Source: Vitrella brassicaformis CCMP3155 (lineage: Eukaryota; Protista; Chromerida). Taken from it: 64,000 nt of DNA. Below, piece after piece: positions 25,437 to 37,852 of the stretch. Every line of letters starts with the position of its first letter. Positions within the stretch are counted from its first letter, which is position 1. Where the stretch lies: the NCBI GenBank assembly GCA_001179505.1, contig CDMY01000802.1, forward strand, positions 197,553-261,552. The letters run 5' to 3'. Under the pieces are notes generated by a model. That model had not been told where the DNA came from, searched no databases, and was given only the letters and a program-made list of their open reading frames with translations. The position numbers and the translations under genes were made by a program.

Positions 25437-25750
25437 GAGAGAAGACGATCGGCGGCATTTTGAAGAAGGCGTGAAGCGTGAGGCGCACGGAGCGAGCACA
25501 CAAGCCGCGCCGGACAGCAGATCGCTCCGCACATTGGAAAGGAAGTTTTGTTGACCCGTTTGCCGCAGCACATGTCTTGGAGAGAGGCATGAGGGTGATC
25601 TCCCGTCAGATCTGGTCTTCCGTCTGACAAGTACTCACACCTGATCGCACGAGAGGGACTCGGTTTCGCCCGCCAGCGCGTCACTCGGTCATCGCATCAC
25701 TCAGCTGATTTGATTGTTATCGCAACATCGCCCGCCGTCTGTCTGTCGCG

Positions 25751-25884
25751 ATGGGGTGCTCCTGGTTCGAGGAGTGGAGCAAGGCCGTGACCAACTTCAA
25801 GCACAAGCTCACCGAGAGCATCGACTCGGCCTTCGAGAGGTACACGGGCTTCGTGTACGACCACCCCTGTTGGGTAAGCAAAGT

Positions 25885-25924
<40 letters not shown>

Positions 25925-28900
25925 CACAGACAGAGAGGGAGGTCCTCACCTCACAGCGGTTCTGCCATCGTGTCTTGTGGTTGTGTGACTGTGTTGGCAG
26001 TTCATATGGATTCCCGCGATAGTGTCGATAGCCATGGGGTCTGCGTGGATCTTGCGCGAGGCGGAGGCCAACCCCCGGACACTCTACGCCAAACCCACAT
26101 CAGACGCCATGAGCGTAACCATCACACACGCACACGCGACTGGCGGGCACAGATGTGGTCTCACGTGTGCGATTTGTGTTGGGTTGTGTCTGTTGATTGA
26201 CGGACGTCTATTATCAGGACCTGGCCTTGATCCAGGAGAGGTATGGCGACTGGCCGCGTGTGACGTTCCTGCTGTTTGTGGGGGAGGATGGCAAGAACCT
26301 GCTGGACGAGGACGTCCTGTACAGGGCCAACCAAATGGTGGAGGGGCTCAACAATCGCAATGTCACTGTCAACGGCAAGGAATACCCCTTCGATGAAGTC
26401 TGCGTCAAGGGTACGTGATTGGATGGATGGGTGTGGGAGTGAGTGAGGCCATCCATCGTCATCCAACGCTCCAACAGACACCCACCCACCCACCCACCCA
26501 GCCACCCTGTGTGTCCATTGATTGATACAGACGGTACTGACGGGTGTACGATGGAGAACGTGCTGCGTATGTACAATGGCCGCTGGGCGAACAAGACCGC
26601 CGAGGAGCGCCCCCTCGACTGGCCCAACCATGATAAATACGTATTGCAGCAGGGCATCAACTGGCCCGTTGACGTCTTCCTCAAACCCCGTGGCACCGAC
26701 AACAACGGGACAACAATCGACAACGTATCAGGTATGCATTAGCCGGCCGACACACCGACACAATCCTATGACGTCACAGCGTCACCCTGTGTATGTGTGT
26801 GTGTGTGTGATCGCAGCGATGTTGTTTCGTTGGTCGCTGCGAGACGACACCTCCGACATGTCATCCGAGAAGCGCGCAGCGTCAATGGCGTGGGAGCAGG
26901 AGTTCCTCGACGAGGCCCACCATCATTGGAAGGACGAATTCAAGAAACACAATGTCTCCATCTACGCAAACGCACGACGATCCATCGGTCGGTCCGCACG
27001 GCAAGCTCTCAACCACACATGAAGAGGGAGGGAGGGACAGTGACGGACAGCCTCTCTCTCTCTTTCCCTCCCTCTCTGTGTCTGTGTGGCTTGGTGGTGC
27101 AGATGACGAGCTGAAGGCCAGCACGACACTCGGCTTTGCGGAGCTTATCCGCCTCTTCCTGGCCGGAGTGATTGTCTTCTGCTACGCCGCCGTGGCCAAC
27201 TTCTCATGCGACCAATCCAAGACCAAGTGAGACGAGGACACGCACACACACACACAATCCTTCCCTGCCGTATGTTTGGTGTTGTGTGTCTGGCTGTCTG
27301 CAGGACGTTTCCGGCCCTGATGGGCTGCCTTGCGGCTCTGTTGGGTTTTTTGCTGGGGTCCGGTCTGTGCTACGCGTGTGGGATGAAGCACGTGCCGCCG
27401 GCCGAGGCGACGCCATTCCTGGTGCTGGGTGTGGGGGTGGACGACATGTTCGTCATCATGAACAGCTACGCACTCGCATTCCAGTCATCCTCACCCAGAG
27501 AGAGGTGCCAACTCGCCATGAAGGACTGCGGTAAGTATGGCACTCAGACTCCCACACACACGGGGTGACGTGATGGCGGGTGTGAGAGCTGTGTGTGTGG
27601 TGTGTAGGTATCTCGATCACGATCACCACTCTGACCAACCTGATCGCTTTCGGTGTCGGCGCGGCCAGCCCCTACTACGCCATCGTCAACTTCTGCATCA
27701 TCACTGCCGTTGCGCTCGCCATGGTGGGTGCAAACACACACACTCACACACCAGTGCATCGCAGCACTGATTGGCTGGTCGTCGTGTTGCGTGTGTGTGT
27801 CACCAGGGTTACGTGCTGACGCTGACATTTTTCGTGGCCATCCTGTGTCTGGATTGCCGCCGCGAGGCCACCCAGCCGCCCCAGACCTTCTTCCTCGCCA
27901 CCTACTTCGACGGCTGCGGCCTCAGATGCTTCTCACGCAAGTCCACGCGCGACGACAGCACACGTGCAGACACGCACCGCACCAGCAGCACCGGCCACGG
28001 CAGCAGCTCCTCGAGCCGGCGCACCTCCCAGACATCCACAGAGGCCGGGGCGGGTGAGGTGGCGCTCACCTTCGTCAACGACGAGAAGGCCAGCTTCACC
28101 CAGCCAATGCATCCCGTCAGGCGATCGGCCAGCTGGCAGCCGGCCGGCGTCAAGCGGTACCCCACTCGCAAGGAGATGAGCACCTTCCAGCTCGTGGCAC
28201 ACCAGCTGCGGGACCAGGAGAAGAACATCCGCCGCCGTCGGCCGAGGGAGGGGGAGGTGCACGAGGAGACGTGCTGGGAGTGGTGGTTCCACACGCACCT
28301 GGAGGACCCCAGCAACCCCGCCCGGCGCGTGCCGAGGGGCAGCCGCGATGTGTCGGACGGCAAGGGCGGCCAGCGGCTGCCGTTCAAGCTGTGGTGGGAG
28401 GAAGACCCCAATGTGACCAAGTACTTTGAGTTTGAGGAGCCTAAGGGCAACGTCGGGCGGTGGTCGCGCAAGTTCTTCCGCAGTGTGTGGGGGCGGCTCA
28501 TCACCGTGCCCGCCTTCAAGGTCAGCCAGACAACCAGGGAGGGAGGGGGAGAGGGAGGGGAGCTCATGATGTGTGTGTGTGTGTGTGTGTGTTGTGCAGG
28601 TGCTGGTGGTGCTGATGTGGTTTGGATACCTTGCCATAAGTGGCTGGGGCGACTCCAACGTGACCATGGGCCTCAACCTCCTCGAACTCACGCCGTTCCA
28701 GTCCTACTACCGGGTGAGTACCTGACCGACAACGAGAGCGACGCACACGCCGCAACAGAATTGCCTCATGTAAATATGCATGAGTGCAGGAGTTCTACGA
28801 TGAGTTGTTGGATCGGTTCGACACGTACGGCGAGCAGGTCATGGTCATCTTCCCGGAACCGCATGAGTGGTGGAGAAACGAGGCCAGGGTCAGTCCACAC

Positions 28901-29586
28901 CACACCACACACAACCGTAAGTATCGATGTGTGTGTGTGTGTGTCTGTGTCAACAGGAGAACTACAAGCAGCTTGTGCAGCGTATCAATGAGAGTGACTA
29001 CGTCTCCAAGGGCCCCAACAACATGCTCGACCCACTCCGCATCTTCGAGGAACAGGGGGGACCGTTCGGAACAAAGAATCCAAACCTTGCCAACTACACC
29101 AACGACCCGACGCTCTTCATGACCGAGTAAGCTTACACAGACACTCTGGCGAGAGAGACGAGACGAGGGACATACCACACAAATTGCCCACGCGACCGTG
29201 CGTGTGTGCGTGTGTGCAGCCTGAAGAGATTCCTAGGAGGAACAGGTCGCTACCTCTCCACCGAGTTTAAGTTCTCAGGCGACAACCGTAAGCTTGCAAG
29301 CATCCCGCTTCACGTCACATGCATGCCTTATCCATCCGTTTATCTCTCAGAGACGATTGAGAGCTATCGCATGACGTTCTTCGCCAAGTCGGGGGTCAAC
29401 GGTCTGAAGCTCATGGAGGGGTCGCGCGACGACTGCCGCAAGGCGTCTGAGGCGAAGGCGGGGGCGATAAAGTGTCAGGCGTTTGGCGAGTACTTCATCT
29501 ACTACGAGAGCGACGCCACCATCCTGTTCGACACCTTCCAAAACATGGGATGGGCACTGCTGGCCGTACTCATTGTGAGAGCACCA

Positions 29587-29625
<39 letters not shown>

Positions 29626-32600
29626 TCTCATGTGTGTGGCTGGTTTGTGTGTGTGTGTTTGTGTGTGTAGGTGTCGATCTTCCTAATGCACCACTGGCAG
29701 TGTTGGGTGTTGGTCATCTTGATGATACTGAGTATCGACGTGGGCCTGTTCGCCTTCATGAAATTCTGGGGCCTCGACCTCAACATGCTCACCATGGTCA
29801 ACCTCATCATCTCAATCGGTATTACGAAACACCCACACACCCACAAACGCCTCAACGAACACACAGAGGGGGAGGGAGGCAGGAGCGTCATGTGTGTGTG
29901 TGTGTGTGCGATTGCAGGTTTCTCGGTCGACTACACCACCCACGTGTGTCACACATTCGCACACGCGACGGGGCCCACCAAGAATCACAGGTGAGGAGGC
30001 AGCCATCCATCCATCCATCCATTCATCCATCAATTGGCCGTGTGTGTGGTGTGTGTGGTTTGTTGATGTGTGCAGGGCGAACGAGACGCTGGTGTTGATG
30101 GGCAACGCCATTTTCCACGGCGCCATCTCGACCTTCCTCGCCATCGTCCTCATCGTCACAGTCGACTCGTTCATATTCGTCGTCTTCTTCAGAATGATGA
30201 CACTCGTACGCCATTGACACACACACACGCATACCAACACGCACGCACACAACACCCTCCTCCCTGTCTGTGTGTCTGTGTGCCTGCAGGTGCTGTGTTT
30301 CGGCTTCCTGCACGGCCTGATCATCTTGCCGGTCATCCTGACGTTCTTTGGCCCCCTGGACAACCTCGAGACCACTCTCAAGGGCGTGCCCACCTCGCTC
30401 AGCATTCAGGACGCTCTCGACAGAGAGGCCTCCCCGGTCGAGGCCGGCAACAGCAGCTACTACCACACCGACGGCAACCGTCTGTCGCCCATCGAGGAAA
30501 GCCCCATCGACAGCAACACCGTCAAGGAGTTTAAGCCACACGAATCTACCAACCGCGGCCCCGCCACCACAGTGCACCAGATGGCGCCCTTCACCAAGAG
30601 TGGCGTCTCCGACACGTCGTCCATCTTCAACTCGGGGGTGGCCAACGTCTTCGACACGGTCAACGCCTTCAACACGCGGCAGCTCGTGAGCTTCGCCCTC
30701 GCGCCCCCGCACACCAAGACCATGAGGGAGCCCTCACCAGGCACCCGATGCGGCAAACGCCTGACCGCCGCCACCGCCCAAGACACGGACAACCAGTCTG
30801 TGTGGATGTCGGCCAACTCGACAGCAGGCAACAACGGGGCGGGAGTGCAGGTGGTCTCGCGAGGCGCCACCAGCGCCCACGCGAAGCTGGACCGGGGCTT
30901 CCAGACCTTCCAGACGGCCGTGAGCGAGGTGGAGGAGGGCTCCACCCCGGTGCTGGGCAGCTTCTACGTGCTGGGTGGTGAGATCTACCACGACTGCTTC
31001 CCCGCCCTGCCCGACCAGCGCACCCCATTCTACGCCGGCAAGATCCCCCGCTTCCGCACCATGAAGACCGGCGAGAGGGACCTGGGGGCCGCCCACAACA
31101 AGGCCGGTGGCGGGCTGTTCCTCGACAGGCGTCTCGAGCTCATGAACGGGAGCAGAGCGGCACCCGCTGTGGAGCCCGAGGCGATCGTCACCCATGACAT
31201 GGCCACTGGCCCGGCCGCAATGGCCAGCCCCATGGGCGGCCTCTCACGACAGACGTCGAGCCTCAAGGCCATCAAGAAGCGCATCAGAGCCGTAAGAAGA
31301 CCAAAGGGGGGCGAAGGGAGAACAAATGAGTATTGTCGTGTGCGTCATTTGTTCAGAGCACGGAAGCGGTGGTCAAGGAGGAGATCTTCCTGCGGAGCGA
31401 GACGGGGCGGCTCACCCGGCAGTCGACCCAGCAGACGAGCCACCCCATGTCGCCCCTCTCACCCCTCGAGCGCGAGCACAGCATGGCGCGACGCAACTCG
31501 TTCGCACGGAAGCTGTCCCGGCAGCTGAGCAACTTCTCCCGCCGCCTGACGCGCAAGCAGTCGATACCCCCCACAAAGGAGGCCGAGCGCGAGGTGTCGC
31601 CCGTGAGCCAGGTGTCGATGCCCTCGCCCTACCCCCAGATGGTCACCTGGCCGGCCTGCTGGCCCGTCCGCGGCACCGACCTTCGACGGCCGGGGTGGGA
31701 GAGCGAGAAGGGATGCACCATTCCTGCAGTCAAAGTGCACAACATGGTACACACACGCAGACAGACAGAGAGACACACACACAGAGAGAGAGAGAGAGAG
31801 AGGGAGGGGCGAGGGAGGGAGGGAGAGAGGGAGAGCGCACCAGTGTCTGATGTATCTGTGTGGGTCCGTGCAGTCGTTGGAGGCGGTCCATAAGCTGGTG
31901 CAGATGGCGCAGTCGCCTGTGAGCGAGTGGAAGTTTCAATCCGAGAAGAATGGCGTCGTGGTTAGCACATATCCCAGAGCACCCCTGCCCCCCACCACAC
32001 ACACACTCATCCATCCATCCATTTGTGTGCAATTGCTCATGTTTGTCTGTTTGTATGTGTGTCAGCTGGAGCTCAAGACGTTGCCGGATAGCAAGGACCC
32101 CGTGATCCGCGGCCGGTACACGATGCGGTCGCCCGGGCTGGACATCCACGAGGTCAAGGAGGTCATCCTCGACAGAAATAGCGTCTGGCGGGCCCAGTAT
32201 GAGTTCTGGCTTTACGAGGCCAGCCAGCACGTCGCACAAGTCGCCGACGAGACCTTCCTCACATACCAGGTCAGAAAGAAGACAAGACACACAGACAGAC
32301 AGGAGCGTGTGTTGGATGGATGGATGTGTGTGTGTGTGTGGTGTGACCTGTATGTGTAGATCTACAAGAGTTCGATCCCGAGCGACTCCCGGCGTGTGCT
32401 CTGCCACATCACTCACGCCGAGATGGTCCGCCCGCACACACACTCAGCCATCCATGAGACGAGACACCCATTCACCATTTGCTGTATGTGTGTGTGTGAT
32501 TGTGCAGCTGTCACCGCATCAGTGTGTGGTTGCTGCCGTGGACCTCAAGCAGCACATCCCCGACGACCTCCTCGTCACCAAGAAAGAGAAGGCCGTCAGA

Positions 32601-33020
32601 GCCGAAATCCTGGTCAGTCACACAACACACACACAACACAGATAACAGAGACACATGCCTCCATCCATCCATCCACCATTGTGTGTGTGTGATTTGCAGC
32701 AAGGGGGCCATGTGATCAGCCAGAGCTGCGACGGGACGATCGACGTGGTGTTTGTGATGCAGCTCGACGTCAAGCCGTTTGCATGGGCACCCAGGGCGGC
32801 CGTTAGGGCGGCCTGCGCCAATGTCTACTTCGAGCAGGTGAGAGGGTGCCTGCCCAATGGGAGGGACCGATAGATAGATGCGTCAATGAACACTGTGTGT
32901 GTCTTGTCTTGTGGTGCCTTTCAGGCTCAGCAGCTGTATCGCATTGACAACGTCTTGGGCGACGCGCGGGAGATCATGTCCCAGCCGCCCTCGCCCAGGA
33001 ACTCCGACAGCGACGCCTAG
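25751..33020 (+). CDS. Patched/NPC1-like sterol-sensing-domain membrane protein with long cytosolic tail and C-terminal START domain
   Basis: SSD motifs FLVLGVGVDDMFVI and ISITITTLTNLIAFGVG. Second half GFSVDYTTH, GNAIFHGAISTFL, FGFLHGLIILPVIL. Phase-0 splices link the tail to EWKFQSEKNG, IRGRYTM, WRAQYEFW, AVRAEILQGGHVI, VVFVMQLDVK. Stop TAG at 33018-33020. Confidence 0.9.
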
Positions 33021-35080
33021 ACAGACCACACACCACACCACACCACACCACAGCAGCACTGATCTATCCGTCCATGTGTGTGTGTGTGTGTGTGTGTGGT
33101 GTCCGTCTTGTCTATCGCATCCCGTATTTATGATATGTCGTCGATCGCAGGCAGGTGTGTGTTGCGTGAGTGTGGATGGATGGAGGGAGGGAGAGATGGA
33201 TGGATGGATCGCACTATTTTCATTGTATGGTGTGGTTCCCACGTTCGTTGTGCAGTGGAGTAGCAGCAGCCATCGCAGCAAGCAACTGGAGAGGGATTAA
33301 GGGAGGGGAGAGGGTGAGAGTGAGACAGTCGGGATGGCTGCGTCTGGGCCCAGACACATGCATACATTCGTCGATTGCCCGCCTGCATGTGTGTCGCATA
33401 TCGTTTGTTTCTGTGTTGTATCTATTATCGTTTCTGTGTGTCTCTCTGAGTGCGTTTATGGGGTGTGTGGGGTTTTTATGGCTACTGGTTGGTTGGTTGG
33501 TTCATTCATTCACTCACTCATCCATCCGTTCGTTTTTGGCGTATGTCTAGCCAACCAACATGGCGTGCAGGCGGGGCGGGCGGGCGATGGATTGATGCGT
33601 GACATGCGCAATACATACAGTGGCTGCCTGCATCTTCACGGCAACTGTCTGGCGTCTGCTCCTCGAAGCCGTCAGGCTGAGGTTTACGCTCGTCAATGTG
33701 TCGTAAGCTCTCGGCCTGGCGTCATCGAGGCCGAGACACCGGACAAATGCCTCTCAAGATGCAGCAAGTCGCGAGATGCCATGAGAGAGTGATGATCCAT
33801 CCATCCGTCCACCCATGTGTGTGTGTTTGTGTAATTCACGTGCTTGTGAATGAGTGAGTGAGTGAATGCCTGATGGAGCGGAGTGCATTTTCTTTGTTTC
33901 TCTGTGCCTGCCTGTGCATCCATCGATCCATTCATTGTGTTGATCATCCATCCACTCACTTCCTGTGTCCATCCACTGTGTCGGTGTTGCGTATTTTTCT
34001 CGTCGCTGTTCGGTCGCCTGTGTCAGTCAGACACACATGAAGGAGAGGAGCGAACTGGCGGACGGACGGACGGACGAGATCCTTTTTTCCGACACTGTCC
34101 ATCGTCGATGACCGGTGACATAGATGCAAACATGATGATGCGTGGCCAGGTGTTCATGCGGATCGACGTGTGCATGCCGTGTGCGTGCCGTGATGTGTCC
34201 GTGTACTGCGATGAGACGACAGACAGGGCAGGAGATCGATGACCGACCGACCGACCGAATGGGCGGCCGGGGTGCCATGTAGGTGTAGGCGTAGGTGTGG
34301 GTGAGTGAGATGCGCGAGTGAGCCGCCCCACTAAGACCACGAGCTCTTTTTTCCGTGGGGCCCTTTGTGCGACTCACTCGGTGTCTGGTTGGCTGTTGGT
34401 TAATTGTGTTGGCAGGCGAGGAGGGAGGGAGGGAGGGAGGTTCTTTTGGGCGTGCATTGGCTGTGGCTTTAGTCGTAGATACCTACCTGCATCGGGTGCC
34501 CTGGGTCGGTCGGTCGGTGGGTCTGTCTGACTGTCTGTTTCTTTGTCTTGTCTGTGGTATAGCATGTAGCATGTAGTGAGTGGATGGGCGGCCGGGTTTC
34601 CTTTTATTTTCTTGTCGTGTCCTTTGCAGTCTGTCGTCATACTGCGATGTGTCTCTCGTGTGTGTGGTGCGGTAAGCAGCGTTTTCCTTTTCCTGTCTGC
34701 CTGCCTTCGTGCGTGTGTGTGTATATACGTGATTTGTGTCGTGCGTGTCTTTATGAAAGAATGAATGGATGAGTGCATTGCAGTGATAATGAATGAACGA
34801 ACGACGAGTGCGTGAGTGAACCCCCTTATCTCCCCCCTCCCTCCTCGCTATGCCTTCGTTCGTTCGTGCAGTACTAATCAGTCAGTGAGTGAGTGTGTGC
34901 CCCATGTGTGTGGCCGATGGCTGATCTGATAGATGTATGTATGTGGGTGCTGTGTGTTTTGTGATTGATCTATTGCTGGTCGGTACGTAGCCGTCTCCCT
35001 CCCTGCCTGCCTTGGCTTTGCATTCCTTTGCATTTGTGGCATGGCTGTGTGTGGACGGAAAGACCGATGGACAGACGGAG
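33021..35080. repeat. Microsatellite-rich 3'/intergenic region; the same (CA/TG)n, (CATC/GATG)n and (GACA)n tracts fill most introns in the window
   Basis: Short tandem runs visible throughout; no family motifs in the ORFs here. Confidence 0.7.
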
Positions 35081-35396
35081 GTCAGTCGGTGTAATGCATG
35101 TCTTCATTGAGTGACACCTCTTATCGGAGCTGTCAACCAACATTCAAACGAACAAAACATCAGAGTATCTGCGTTGGTACTCATCACGAGAGGCACACAC
35201 ACGTCAGTGCTGAGGGGCAGGCAGGCAGGCAGCTAAGCCACACGCATCACAGAGACTTGCCAGGTAGGCCCGATTGGCCTACGCTGACGCCGCACGACTC
35301 TCTCTTACAAATGAAAATGGCCGCACGAGACACATCAAACGAACAGTGACACGAGACACAGACAGACAGACAGACATCGGCCCCACTCAGCCATTA

Positions 35397-37015
35397 CTAC
35401 CTCAGCACGCGCAGCACTTCTATCTCATCAGCAGTGAACTCCAGCGACCCACCCAACACCGCATCGCCATCCTCATCTCTCACTCCCATGTAGCCCTCAG
35501 GCAGATACTCGCTGTCGATGTACTGATAGCAGCTGCGGATATCGGAACCATCAAACTCACCATCTATAGCAGTGCCATCTCCATCAGCATCAAACCCACT
35601 CCAGCCCAACTTCAGATGAGGTGGTTGGCCAACCATTAGCTTCGCTGTTCCCTGTCCCGTTCCCGATATCGCAAAGTATACATTGCTGTTCCTCTCCGCC
35701 AAGCTCACAGACTGCCTCTCTTCGTCGATGTCGATCTTGGTCGGCTTGTCGAAGTGGCCGGCCAGTGAGAAATACTACAGATCACGGTCCACGCCGTCAC
35801 TTCTGTAGACGCCGAAGACGTACTTGTCCTTTCTGATAACAAACACGAGACCCCCCCACCCCACTGAGTCCAGGTCGTCATAGTTGGTGCCCTGCACAGA
35901 GTCCCACAGGTCGCCCCATTCAGTGCCGTGAACAGACGTCCTACACACACACACACACACACACACAAGACACACACACAGACACAGAGCCATCTGTCAG
36001 CTGTTGGCGTCACGGCATGAGATGTGTCTGTCTACCGGAAGAGTGTGGTGAGTTCTGTGGTGTCATTGCCCAGCAGGCCGAGCAGCCCCTCGTACTCCGA
36101 CGCAGACAGCGATGTGCCCTTCGGCGCGGACACCCGCTGCACGTGTAGCACCTCCATCTCATCCGCATGGAAGAAGTCCGACCCGCCCAGATAAGCAGGA
36201 TCGCCATTGCTATCCCCCTCCCCCTCCCCCGTGTAGCCCTCAGGCAGATAGTGGCCCAAGGTGTACTGATGGCAGCTGCGGATGTCGGCTGCCGGCCGGT
36301 CACTGCCCTCGTCCTTACCCAAATACAGCCGCCCACCGATGACCACATTCGCACCCCACACACTCCCCTCCCTCCCCGCCACACGCACATTCTGCTCCGC
36401 TCGGATGATGTCGACCTTGGTCGGCTTGCCGAAGTGACCCGCCAATGAGAAATGCCACAGATCACAGTCGTACCAGTGCCAGTCGGTCGGGTCGTCGGGT
36501 AAGAAGGCCGCAACAAGTACCAGTATCCAGACCGCAATTGATGTACGCGCCGAAGACGTACGGACATCAAACACATACAAATACTTGTCCTTCCTAATAA
36601 CAAACACGAGAGGCATTGCATCGCCCACATTGTCCAGCATATCGCCGTAGGTGGTGCCATGCACAGACGTCCTACACACAGACACACACACACACACAGA
36701 ATCTGCCCATCAGCTGTCACATGACCCATCCCAGCACTGTTGGCATGATGCGTGTCTACCGGTAGAGTGTGGTGAGGTCTGTGGTGTCATTGACCAGCAG
36801 GCCGAGCAGCGCATCAGACTCCGACGCAGACAGCGATGTGCCCTTCGGCGGTGAGGCCTCCTGCACGCGACGCAAGTGGATCTAAACACACGAGTCATCC
36901 TCTCACACATCAAATGAAATGAATGGATTGATCGTGTTACCTGTTGGGCGGGCCTTGCCTCAACAGACGTTGCCACGCAGAGGATCAGCAGGACAGTCAC
37001 TGCCCGAATCGCCAT
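35397..37015 (-). CDS. Secreted tandem TLDc-domain protein; second domain has a deletion and a nonsense codon
   Basis: Signal peptide MAIRAVTVLLILCVATSVEA; LYR|TSVHG...LVFVIRKDKY...WHFSLAGHF...AADIRSCHQY...LGGSDFFHADEMEVL. Second domain reads DL*YFSLAGHF with TAG at 35775-35777. Confidence 0.85.
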
Positions 37016-37231
37016 GAAGTGAACTGGACGATAGCAGTCAACAAGTCTTCTTATTGATTTCTAAGGTAGCAGATGAACAAAGGCAGCGTCTGAAGTCAAC
37101 AAGAAGACAGGAAGACAAGGCAGACAGACAGGGGGAGAGACCAGGCGAGGAGGGAGGGCTCTCTCTCTGTCGGGGTCTGATCGAGGCTGCCGCTTCCAGA
37201 TTTCGAGTGGGTAAACCTTGGAGTGGTTGTG

Positions 37232-37400
37232 ATACGCTCGGCGGGCTCCGCTCCCACGGGGTCGCGCCGACTGCACGTCGTCGCCCAGCCGTCGTCATCC
37301 ATCCCAGCCGACACTCTAACTGCCGTCTTCGCCGATCTCATACCGCGTAAAGGTGGCAGGGCCCAATCCGGTCCCATGCCCGTGCACGTGTCGTGCCCTC
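37232..37400 (-). repeat. Split direct repeat B2 (169 bp)
   Basis: Identical to 37558-37726. Confidence 0.95.
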
Positions 37401-37415
37401 GGGGGACCGGCGGGT

Positions 37416-37558
37416 TGGGTGGGTGGGTGCGAAAAATCACGGAGAGCGCTTGTCCTGCCAAGCGCACCTGCGAGCCGGAGACGGTGTGTGTCGATCGGTC
37501 GCTCCCGCCCGCGGCGCGTATGTACGCGATCGCTGCGCTACGCACGCGTACGCTACCA
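37416..37558 (-). repeat. Split direct repeat A2 (143 bp)
   Basis: Identical to 44878-45020. Confidence 0.95.
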
Positions 37559-37726
37559 TACGCTCGGCGGGCTCCGCTCCCACGGGGTCGCGCCGACTGC
37601 ACGTCGTCGCCCAGCCGTCGTCATCCATCCCAGCCGACACTCTAACTGCCGTCTTCGCCGATCTCATACCGCGTAAAGGTGGCAGGGCCCAATCCGGTCC
37701 CATGCCCGTGCACGTGTCGTGCCCTC
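37558..37726 (-). repeat. Split direct repeat B1 (169 bp)
   Basis: Identical to 37232-37400; abuts A2 with one shared base. Confidence 0.95.
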
Positions 37727-37852
37727 CCAAAGGGCCAACGGTAGCGCGGTATGAGAGAGGAGTGGCAGTTAGTGTGTGGGAGGAAGCGTAGTATTCGTTT
37801 CACGCAATTCTGGTTGTCCCGTCGAGTTGTTAGCCCCTACCTGTTGCTTGCA

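Noticed and set aside
27902-31195. Long minus-strand ORFs opposite the Patched gene, and similar shadows elsewhere
   Set aside because: Antisense shadows of GC-rich coding exons with no family motifs.
33021-35390. ORFs and possible ncRNA in the long intergenic stretch
   Set aside because: Translations are microsatellite-derived (VCVC, HPSI, THTH), and no tRNA, rRNA or snRNA signature was recognised.
37218-37228. ttggagtggtt shared with 45113-45123 as a target-site duplication
   Set aside because: The second copy is about 90 bp from the element end rather than adjacent, and an 11-mer match is expected by chance.
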